A stretch of 64,000 bases of DNA, taken from the NCBI GenBank assembly GCA_034439755.1, contig JAWXAZ010000122.1:2117-66116 (forward strand), written 5' to 3'. The position numbers and the translations under genes are program-made. Source of the stretch: a bacterium (GTDB lineage Bacteria > Bacteroidota > Bacteroidia > UKL13-3). The notes beneath the pieces are model-generated. The model searched no databases. It was not told the origin of the DNA and saw only the letters and a list, made by a program, of their open reading frames with translations. This document shows positions 56,531 through 64,000 of this stretch, one piece after another. How positions within the stretch are numbered: the first letter of the stretch is position 1; each line of letters begins with the position of its first letter.

Positions 56531-57490
56531 TTAAGCCTGATTTTTGCTGGGTTCGGCCACACTAATTTCATCTAAAATAGAGATAAAATGTTCAATGCTG
56601 TTTATGATATGTGTGTTATTGCTTAAGTTCATCACACATTTTGAAAACTGCGATCCCGTAAGTAAAATTTGGCTCTTAGGCCAGCTTTTTGAAAGATAAT
56701 CAACAAACTCCTGCTTGTCAATTAAGGGCTGTGCTACCGTCATTAAGGTAAGCAAATAGTCTGGACTATCATGCCCAAAGGCATCGCGTAGATCTGATAA
56801 AGGCACTTCCTGCCCAAGGTATAAAACCTCGTGACCCCTAGAGCGAATTAGGTAATTGGCAAACAACAAACCCAAAGAATGTTTTTCGCTTTGGGGTAAA
56901 AACAACAAAAATTTCTTGCGCACCAAGGCCACTTTTCCCACCTGGCCATCTATGGCAACATATAATTTTTGCTTTATAATATTAGAAACAAAATGCTCGT
57001 GAGAAGGCAACAAACTGCCCACCTGCCACAACAATCCTACCTCGTTTAAAAAGGGAAAAATGATTTTCAAAAAAGTATCCTCAATGCCATATTGAAGAAT
57101 GTACGTGTTGAGCAATTTATGAAACTCAACTTCATCAAAACCCATCATGGCAGAAATAAATGCCTTGATATGGTTTTTAAACTCAGTGCAATTTTTACCC
57201 AAATGCATCACCTTTTGAGCAATTTGAAAACTGGTCATTTTGGCTATATCAGAAATTTTATGGCCATTCTCGTTTAATAAACTTATATTCAACAAGTTTT
57301 TTAAATCAGCATCGTTGTAAAACCTAATATTGGTTTCGCTTCGCTTAGGCACAACAATGCCGTATCTTTGCTCCCAGATGCGCAGCGTATGACTTTTAAC
57401 ACCCGTAATGGCCTCAATATCCTTTATGGTAAATGTTCCCAATGCTTTTTCCTCAATAGAATTTAATTCTTTAAACATTAGGCTACTCAA
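56531..57490 (-). CDS. MerR-family regulator with C-terminal cobalamin-binding-like domain (CarH/LitR-like)
   Basis: N-terminal MerR HTH (FTIKDIEAITGVKSHTLRIWEQRYG). The C-terminal Rossmann-like part carries E-x-H-x-x-G (SEKHSLG), as in B12-binding domains. Confidence 0.6.
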   Translation of the reverse strand: MSSLMFKELNSIEEKALGTFTIKDIEAITGVKSHTLRIWEQRYGIVVPKRSETNIRFYNDADLKNLLNISLLNENGHKISDIAKMTSFQIAQKVMHLGKNCTEFKNHIKAFISAMMGFDEVEFHKLLNTYILQYGIEDTFLKIIFPFLNEVGLLWQVGSLLPSHEHFVSNIIKQKLYVAIDGQVGKVALVRKKFLLFLPQSEKHSLGLLFANYLIRSRGHEVLYLGQEVPLSDLRDAFGHDSPDYLLTLMTVAQPLIDKQEFVDYLSKSWPKSQILLTGSQFSKCVMNLSNNTHIINSIEHFISILDEISVAEPSKNQA

Positions 57491-57511
57491 ATTGTTTTTA
57501 AAATAAAGATT

Positions 57512-58414
57512 ATGACAAAAATACTCATTTCGGGCGGTTCTGGTTTGCTTGGTTCAAACCTAACAAAAATTCTTAAAAATCAAGGTCACCAAGTTTCGTG
57601 GCTTAGCAGGAATCCAAAAACAGGAGATGTTCCGCAGTTTTTCTGGAATCCACAAACCCAAGAAATAGACCCAAATGCCTTGCAAGAAATAGACACCATA
57701 ATTCACCTTGCGGGAGCAGGAGTGGCAGATAAACGCTGGACAGACAGCTATAAAGATCTCATTCTACAAAGCAGAATTGAGGGCACGCAACTGTTGTTTA
57801 ATACACTCAAAAACAAGCCCAACAAAGTGCAAACTTTTATTGGCGCTTCGGCCGTTGGTATTTATGGTACCCACCCTGTTGCACCAACCAACGAAGACGC
57901 GCCCTTGGCAAATAATTTCTTGGCAGAAGTTTGCAAACAATGGGAAAACGAAACCCAAAAGATTGCTAGCCTGGGTATCAGAACCGCCATTGTGCGCATT
58001 GGCATTGTGCTGAGCCAAGAAGGCGGGTTCATCAAAGAAATTGGCCAACTGGCTAAATATTGGTTGGCAGCACCCCTGGGCAATGGCAATATGCTTACCC
58101 CTTGGATTCACATCAACGACCTTTCCAACATTTTTATTCACCTCATGCAACACCCCAATCTTTCGGGTGTTTTCAATGGCGTGGCACCCAATCCTGCCAC
58201 CAACAAAGAACTTACAAAAGCCATTTGTCTGGCCATGCACAAGCCCTTTTTCCTGCCTCCTGTGCCCGCTTTTGCCCTCAAAATTATAGTAGGAGAAATA
58301 GCGCCCATGCTGCTTTCCAACCAAGATATCTCCTGCAAAAAAATCCTCCAAACTGGCTTTCATTTTCAATTTACAAACCACAAATTGGCCATCCAAAATC
58401 TCTTGCAAGCCTAA
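57512..58414 (+). CDS. TIGR01777-type NAD-dependent epimerase/dehydratase family protein (SDR39U1-like)
   Basis: ILISGGSGLLGSNL Rossmann motif. 300 aa with a DUF1731-like C-terminus. Confidence 0.8.
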   Translation: MTKILISGGSGLLGSNLTKILKNQGHQVSWLSRNPKTGDVPQFFWNPQTQEIDPNALQEIDTIIHLAGAGVADKRWTDSYKDLILQSRIEGTQLLFNTLKNKPNKVQTFIGASAVGIYGTHPVAPTNEDAPLANNFLAEVCKQWENETQKIASLGIRTAIVRIGIVLSQEGGFIKEIGQLAKYWLAAPLGNGNMLTPWIHINDLSNIFIHLMQHPNLSGVFNGVAPNPATNKELTKAICLAMHKPFFLPPVPAFALKIIVGEIAPMLLSNQDISCKKILQTGFHFQFTNHKLAIQNLLQA

Positions 58415-58515
58415 AAAATGATAGACCATTGCAACCATTTCCCTATTTTTGCCTTCTATCAAGCATCGCTTCTGGCGGTCTGAACCAAGGAATTTATAAC
58501 AAGAAATAATTACGA

Positions 58516-59277
58516 ATGAAGAAAATACTTGCCTCATTAAGCTTAATAATCCTTACCACTGCAGTCTCTTTTGCCCAGAAAAAAGAGGAAAAACTCTATC
58601 AACCCGCAGTTATTGTGGAACTTTTTTCTTCGGAAGGTTGCGCTAGCTGCCCTTATGCAGACGAATTCTTAAAAGAGCTCATTAATATAAGCGACAGTGC
58701 TGGCACCCCCGTTTATGTAATAGATTACCACGTGGTAATTTGGAATAAATCGGGCTGGGTAGACCCCTTCTCCGATTCGCTCTATAGCCTTCGTCAGCAA
58801 GAATACATGCACAAGAAACAGCTAGCCGCCATGTACACCCCAATGGTCTTTGTAAACGGCGGCGACAAAGACTTTGCGGGTGGCGATAAAAAAGGAATTG
58901 GCATGGCCATACAAAATTTCCTGAGCGCACCTTCTATGCATTTTATGCGCAGCGGCGTTACAGGTATAGAAAATGAAGACAGCGTAATGATAGCCTACCA
59001 ATTTTGGGGCAATCCAGATTCGCTAGAAATGCGCGTGGCTTTGGTTCAGAAAGAAATAAATAGCCAAGTAAAAGGAGGCGAAAATTCTGGACTCATCCTT
59101 CACCACCACAATGTTGTGCGCGCGCTGCAAACGCAAAAATTAGGCAAGTCGGATGGCCACTTTAAATTCCCCATCGATAGAAATTTAAACTTAGACAATT
59201 ACCGTTTGGTGCTGTTTCTACAACATAAAAGAACCTGGAAAATTGTTGCGTCCGACCAATTAACGTTTAAGCCATAA
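58516..59277 (+). CDS. DUF1223-domain protein
   Basis: Signal peptide, then the VVELFSSEGCASCPYAD hallmark motif. Confidence 0.8.
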   Translation: MKKILASLSLIILTTAVSFAQKKEEKLYQPAVIVELFSSEGCASCPYADEFLKELINISDSAGTPVYVIDYHVVIWNKSGWVDPFSDSLYSLRQQEYMHKKQLAAMYTPMVFVNGGDKDFAGGDKKGIGMAIQNFLSAPSMHFMRSGVTGIENEDSVMIAYQFWGNPDSLEMRVALVQKEINSQVKGGENSGLILHHHNVVRALQTQKLGKSDGHFKFPIDRNLNLDNYRLVLFLQHKRTWKIVASDQLTFKP

Positions 59278-59315
59278 TTAACAACTAAACATTATAACCA
59301 TTATACAAAATATAA

Positions 59316-59414
59316 AGTCCTATTTCGACAAATATCTCCAAGTACCCTTATTTTGTTAAACAGTCATTTATCCAAATAAAATTATCAAAAAGCCCAAAGC
59401 TATTTGATAATTTT
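59316..59414. repeat. Copy B of the dispersed ~100-nt intergenic element
   Basis: 18-mer ATTTCGACAAATATCTCC at 59322-59339. Perfect 12-bp hairpin AAAATTATCAAA (59378-59389) / TTTGATAATTTT (59403-59414), whose loop AGCCCAAAG is the complement of the corresponding CTTTGGGCT in copy A. Confidence 0.6.
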
Positions 59415-59422
59415 ACTTGATA

Positions 59423-61987
59423 TTATTTGCCATTAACCTCTGCCAATACCTTGGCATAAAAATCTACATAAGCGGCTTCTTTAAACACCGCCTTTTCCAT
59501 ACTTTTTGCCTCAAGATTCTTTAACAAATTGAGCATTTGCTTGCCTTTTTCCCTATCGCTGTTTAACAAGTAGAAATGGGCCAAATGCTGCAAACCCACA
59601 AGCAAAACTGCGGCATTCTGCTGCTTCAAATAAGCACCATACGCACTTAAAATACTGTTGCGGTAAAAGCCATATTTCCCCAATATACCAGCAAAAAAAT
59701 CATTCTTATCCGTCACCGCATGCGCTGCATACAACCAAGCAATATTGCGCTGCATCAATGCCGTTTTATGCTGCTCCATCTCCCTACATTTCTCCAAACA
59801 CAAAGGCAAATCAGATATGGCCAAAGCTTGCAAACTCGTAGATTTAACCTTATAAGAAATATCGTTTAACCCTTGCAACAAAATGCCCCTGCTATAAGCC
59901 GAATCGCCCATGTAGGCAATTAAATAAATGGCATCATCGCGCACACCAGGTTGCAAGCCATGCAAAGCCAAATCTTCTATGCGGCGCGCAAACTTAGGGT
60001 ATAAAGTATCCTGCTTTTCAACCATAGAAATTCCCGCCATTTGGTAAAAATATTCGGGCTGATCCAAACAATAGGCGACAGCCTTTTCTATTAAAAATCG
60101 CTCCTTGCTATAGTCCAACTCACTTATGGCTTGAACCGACCGTATTTTCGACAAATAATTATCCGATAACTTTAATTGGTTCAGCCAGAAATTGGGCGAT
60201 TTTTCTTCCTTAATAACTGCTGGTAAATTGCCCGTGGGGTCTATCCAATACCCCAATAATTTTAACTCCCCTTCGAGCGAATCGGGTGCCGCAATTTCTA
60301 CTATATTTTCCCTATGATTTAAAACAATTGGCAATTTATACACAAACACAGAGCCGCCAGCTTGCTCCAACACCAACATCATTTCGCTGCTTAAATGAAA
60401 TACCTTAAAACCCGAATCTTGCACTTGGTTCAGCCCAAATTTAAACCCCCCATTTAATGCTTTGCCTAAGTATTTTATATCCAAAATGGGGTGACCAAAT
60501 CCATCGAACCACTCCTTAAAAAACTGCTGTAAATCCTTGCCACTGGCCTCTTCCATGGCATGCCTTAAATGATCCATATCGGTGTATTGAAACGCATTTT
60601 TACTCAAGTAAATTTGCATGCCTTTAAAGAAAGCTGTATCGCCCACAGTGTAGCGCAGGTAATGCAAAATCCAGCTACCCTTTTGGTAACTCACCACATC
60701 AAAAACCTCATCGGGCTCGGTATAATAATTCCTAATTGGACTAATTTTATACTTGCCCTTATTCCTTAAATAAGCATTCCAATTATTGGCAAAATCCCTG
60801 TCGGCATAAACCTTTCCCCTGCTTGCCTCATCATACATATATTCGCCATAGGTAGCAAAACTTTCGTTTAAAGGCAATTGACTCCAACTTCTACAGGTAA
60901 CCAAATTGCCAAACCAATGGTGAAACAACTCGTGGGCAATAATGTCTTGCTGTGGATTGTCTAAATGCTCTGTATTGGTATGTTGAACGCCCTCATTGTG
61001 CAACACCGCCGAGGTATTTTCCATGGCCCCACTCACAAAATCCCTGCACACAATTTGCGAAAATTTTTCCCATGGATAATCCACGCCTGTTAAGCGCGAA
61101 AAAGTTTCCATCATCTTGGGTGTTTCTCCAAAAATAGTTTGCGCATAAGGTGCATAAGCAGGCTCCAAATAATAGCTCACTTCCTTGTTGCGCCAATAGT
61201 CCTTGGTAACCACAAAATTGCCAATAGCAATCATGGTCAAATACGGTGCATGAGGCTTTAATTGTTGCCAATGATCAACGCGTTTGCCGTTTTTTAACAG
61301 CTTAGCATCCACCAACAATCCATTGCTTAAACTCACATCCGCAGTATCAATTGTTAAGTAAATATCTTGTGTATGTTTTTCGTTGGGCACATCTATGGTT
61401 GGAAACCAGCACGAATTATAATTGGTCTCGCCCTGCGACCAAATTTGCCTAGGTTTGTTTGGATCTGTGCCCAATGGGTTTATAAAATACAAACCACGAG
61501 AATCTGTTATGGCTCTGCCACCCTTGCTTTCTAACTCATTGGGTTTGGCTACGTACTGAACCAACACAGAAAAGGTATCACTTGCGCCATAGGATTTGCT
61601 TAAGGTAACAAGCAACTTGCTTTTATCATAAGCATAATTCAAATTAAGAGTGTCTTTTTTTACAATCTGTGCTACCCTTAAAATTGCAAATCCCTTAGCA
61701 TCTAAAGCAACCACATTGCTTTCTTGTGCATATTGCCGCATGCGCAAAACCGCAGTGCCGTATACCCATTGCTTCTGATAATCAAAAGATAAGTCCAATT
61801 TTGTGTGAACCAAATCGTGCACCCTGGCTTCCATAGGTTGATAAGAAACCACCCCTTTACCATGCTGCGGCTTAACCACCACATCGGGCAAAATAATTTT
61901 TTCCATGGCGGTTGTTGGGTTTTTATTTATTTTGCATCCCATCATCCCAATCAGCAGGAAGAAACTCAATAATTGATAAATTCTCAT
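59423..61987 (-). CDS. M1-family zinc aminopeptidase (aminopeptidase N-like) lipoprotein
   Basis: GAMEN exopeptidase motif, HELFHHWFGNLVT...NESFATY (HExxH-x18-E), and lipoprotein signal LLIGMMGC. ATG 61987 preferred. Confidence 0.88.
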   Translation of the reverse strand: MRIYQLLSFFLLIGMMGCKINKNPTTAMEKIILPDVVVKPQHGKGVVSYQPMEARVHDLVHTKLDLSFDYQKQWVYGTAVLRMRQYAQESNVVALDAKGFAILRVAQIVKKDTLNLNYAYDKSKLLVTLSKSYGASDTFSVLVQYVAKPNELESKGGRAITDSRGLYFINPLGTDPNKPRQIWSQGETNYNSCWFPTIDVPNEKHTQDIYLTIDTADVSLSNGLLVDAKLLKNGKRVDHWQQLKPHAPYLTMIAIGNFVVTKDYWRNKEVSYYLEPAYAPYAQTIFGETPKMMETFSRLTGVDYPWEKFSQIVCRDFVSGAMENTSAVLHNEGVQHTNTEHLDNPQQDIIAHELFHHWFGNLVTCRSWSQLPLNESFATYGEYMYDEASRGKVYADRDFANNWNAYLRNKGKYKISPIRNYYTEPDEVFDVVSYQKGSWILHYLRYTVGDTAFFKGMQIYLSKNAFQYTDMDHLRHAMEEASGKDLQQFFKEWFDGFGHPILDIKYLGKALNGGFKFGLNQVQDSGFKVFHLSSEMMLVLEQAGGSVFVYKLPIVLNHRENIVEIAAPDSLEGELKLLGYWIDPTGNLPAVIKEEKSPNFWLNQLKLSDNYLSKIRSVQAISELDYSKERFLIEKAVAYCLDQPEYFYQMAGISMVEKQDTLYPKFARRIEDLALHGLQPGVRDDAIYLIAYMGDSAYSRGILLQGLNDISYKVKSTSLQALAISDLPLCLEKCREMEQHKTALMQRNIAWLYAAHAVTDKNDFFAGILGKYGFYRNSILSAYGAYLKQQNAAVLLVGLQHLAHFYLLNSDREKGKQMLNLLKNLEAKSMEKAVFKEAAYVDFYAKVLAEVNGK

Positions 61988-62021
61988 AGCGTGTATTAGG
62001 GGTGCAATAAAACGAATTTCC

Positions 62022-62519
62022 ATGTTAAATATTCAAGTAAACAACCAAGATTTTATTTTTGATAGCATAACAGGCAATGCCATGCTAAATGGCAAGCCCA
62101 TAAATGCCGATGTGGTTAAACTTGCGCCCAACAAATATCATTTAATTATAGACCGCCAAAGCTATACCGTTGAGCTGCTAGAAAAAACCGAAAATGGCAA
62201 AGGCATGCACATTGCGGTGAATGGGGTAAAACAGATAGTCGCCATCAAAGATAAATACGACAATTTATTGCATCAACTGGGCATGGATAAAATGATGAGC
62301 AACAAGAACATCAACCTAAAAGCGCCCATGCCGGGCTTGGTGTTGCGCATCAATGTAGCAGTTGGCGATACCGTTAAAAAAGGCGATGTATTGCTGGTAC
62401 TCGAAGCCATGAAAATGGAAAATGCCATTAAAGCAGATGGCGAAGGCAAGGTTAAACGCATTGCCGTTAGCACCAAACAAGCGGTAGAAAAAAACACCCT
62501 ACTAATTGAAATGGAATAA
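62022..62519 (+). CDS. Biotin/lipoyl-attachment (biotin carboxyl carrier-like) protein
   Basis: C-terminal VLEAMKMEN biotinylation motif in a biotinyl-domain fold. 165 aa. Confidence 0.8.
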   Translation: MLNIQVNNQDFIFDSITGNAMLNGKPINADVVKLAPNKYHLIIDRQSYTVELLEKTENGKGMHIAVNGVKQIVAIKDKYDNLLHQLGMDKMMSNKNINLKAPMPGLVLRINVAVGDTVKKGDVLLVLEAMKMENAIKADGEGKVKRIAVSTKQAVEKNTLLIEME

Positions 62520-63482
62520 GCCCAAAGGCTTTATTTTTTCTATCAAGGCAGCGTTAAATTTTATAACACCCGATTGTGCTAAATGATGCGCATCGTAAAA
62601 ATCGGTGCTATCGTTTAGGGCTAAATTTTCGTAATTAAAATTTATATACAGGCCATAACTAGCAAACAAACTATCGGTATAAGCATAATTTTTATACGCC
62701 TCAAAAAAACCTTTACTTACAGGAGCTTGCACCAATAAAACCGGAATATTTTTCTGCTTTAACAATTCTATAGACTCCCCAAAAGCCGCCACCTGCTTGC
62801 CTTTTAGCCGCCACAGCTTATCCCCTAACTTAACAGATTCTACATCCAACGGCATAGTTTCAGCCATCAAATACCTTGGTTGGGCCCTAAAATCTTTCTG
62901 TACATAAGCCCCTAAAACATAAGTGTCCTCACCTACTTTTGCCGCTTCCCTAAAAGCCAAATCGCCATAAAAAACTTTCCGCATAAAACCATATAAAAAG
63001 GCATTGTAAACCACCACATGATTTACGGCCAAAGCCTGCCAAAACACATGGCCATAATGTGCTGTATTAGAAATTATATCCACCGCACTCTCTACCCCAT
63101 CCATCTCAAAATTCTCTGGAAACACCTCATAAATTACCAGTTTCGGTCTGAACCGATCTACGTATTCTTGCAATAAATAAGTGGTTTGCAAGGGCGTTTG
63201 GTTGCTCGACCCCAAATTAAAGGAACGCATGCCAGCAGCAGCAAAAATGCGGGTATCAAAGCCTCTATACGTATGCGAGGATCCTAAAAATAATACCTCA
63301 ACTTGGGTGCTGGTATCGGCCTCCAATAACCTGCTGTGCATAAAACCTGTTAAACCTTGTTTATAACGCAAATTCTTGTGGTATTTGCCATTTAAGGCAT
63401 TGCCCCAAATGGTTAAAAGTACACTATAAGTAATTAAAGCAAATAGTAAAAACAAGCCAAATTGTATCAAAAACTTACGCAT
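62502..63482 (-). CDS. Hypothetical membrane-anchored protein downstream of MBOAT (possible DltD/AlgJ-like acyl-transfer partner)
   Basis: An N-terminal TM segment, then a soluble domain. The assignment rests only on gene order after an MBOAT gene. Confidence 0.4.
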   Translation of the reverse strand: MRKFLIQFGLFLLFALITYSVLLTIWGNALNGKYHKNLRYKQGLTGFMHSRLLEADTSTQVEVLFLGSSHTYRGFDTRIFAAAGMRSFNLGSSNQTPLQTTYLLQEYVDRFRPKLVIYEVFPENFEMDGVESAVDIISNTAHYGHVFWQALAVNHVVVYNAFLYGFMRKVFYGDLAFREAAKVGEDTYVLGAYVQKDFRAQPRYLMAETMPLDVESVKLGDKLWRLKGKQVAAFGESIELLKQKNIPVLLVQAPVSKGFFEAYKNYAYTDSLFASYGLYINFNYENLALNDSTDFYDAHHLAQSGVIKFNAALIEKIKPLGLFHFN

Positions 63483-63501
63483 CTTATAATAAATCCCACG
63501 C

Positions 63502-64000
63502 TTAAAATTGAAAATAAATAAAAGGTGAAGTCTCAACGGTCATATACATGCCTATTAAAAAAACAAGCATGCCGTAAAAGCCCCAGCGAAGTGGTTTAGG
63601 GTATGCTTGCATAAAATATTGCAAAGCAAATTGCGCCTGTCTTCCCTGCCATTCTACCCAAAGAAAAAACACCAACAAAGGCAAAATATACGCGTTTAAT
63701 TTTGGTTCAGCCAGTACATTAGAAAACAAGGAACTATGGCATATATGTTTTATAAAAGAAAAAGCCTCACCTAAATTCTCTGCCCTAAAAAATATCCATA
63801 GAAAGCTCATCAATAAAAAGGTTGAAAGAATGCTTACGCCCTCCCAAATGGCCAAGCGCCAAGCAACATGCCTGCTGCCACCTACTAGGTTATACACCCT
63901 TTTTGCCATGCCAAATCTTGTATAAACATTTATGTAAAATAGGTAAAAAAGTGCGTTCAACAATCCCCAAACCACAAAAGTCCACGAGGCTCCATGCCAA
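63502..64000 (-). CDS. MBOAT-family O-acyltransferase, C-terminal part (5' end outside window)
   Basis: The frame stays open to the window edge (..WHGASWTFVVWGLLNALF..). FFRAENLGEAFSF and a polytopic profile are typical of AlgI/DltB-type MBOAT C-termini. Confidence 0.75.
   Translation of the reverse strand, partial: WHGASWTFVVWGLLNALFYLFYINVYTRFGMAKRVYNLVGGSRHVAWRLAIWEGVSILSTFLLMSFLWIFFRAENLGEAFSFIKHICHSSLFSNVLAEPKLNAYILPLLVFFLWVEWQGRQAQFALQYFMQAYPKPLRWGFYGMLVFLIGMYMTVETSPFIYFQF

Noticed and set aside
57764-58537. 257-aa minus-strand ORF
   Set aside because: It is entirely antisense to the well-supported TIGR01777-type gene (57512-58414). It has no recognisable motifs and a Cys/His/Arg-rich composition typical of antisense translation.

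Overview
This 64-kb chromosomal segment reads as Bacteroidota. Three proteins end in T9SS type-A C-terminal sorting domains, TAnnTTTG -7 promoter boxes sit 20-25 nt upstream of several start codons, and LruC, GSCFA and DUF1223 families are present. I call roughly 55 protein-coding genes, mostly housekeeping or metabolic: dprA, nth, rfbC, rnhA, dnaG, comEC, alkaline phosphatase, GH25 lysozyme, an M1 aminopeptidase, two tandem-USP proteins and MFS transporters. There are also three tRNAs (anticodons CAT, TCT, GTT), a 2368-aa multidomain T9SS adhesin-like protein, and a tandem pair of LruC-domain lipoproteins. Two patches look accessory. (i) Between dnaG and tRNA-Arg (36.5-40.4 kb) a mutationally decayed HipA-like-kinase/DUF3037 pair sits next to an intact hipBA. 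(ii) The 43.8-47.7 kb stretch is a gene graveyard. It holds an IPT/FG-GAP gene with four lesions (T9 frameshift, 52-bp x3 tandem duplication, nonsense codon, 3' truncation), a RelE/ParE stump with an intact antitoxin-like ORF, HigB-like fragments, an orphan RHS C-terminal tip and an IS3 remnant. I recognised no CRISPR array, intact defence system or prophage. The signals most worth follow-up are at sequence level. First, a 9-15-nt word (TTGGTTCAG, extended GGCGGTCTGAACCAA) occurs at least 26 times on both strands in coding and non-coding DNA, once as an inverted pair forming a post-gene hairpin; this is uptake-signal-like behaviour. Second, two long satellite arrays bracket nth (an 11-12-nt G/T-rich unit over about 530 bp, and a 24-nt unit over about 645 bp). 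Third, a ~100-nt hairpin element occurs twice. Functional readings of these are inference only. All counts were made by eye and may be incomplete.
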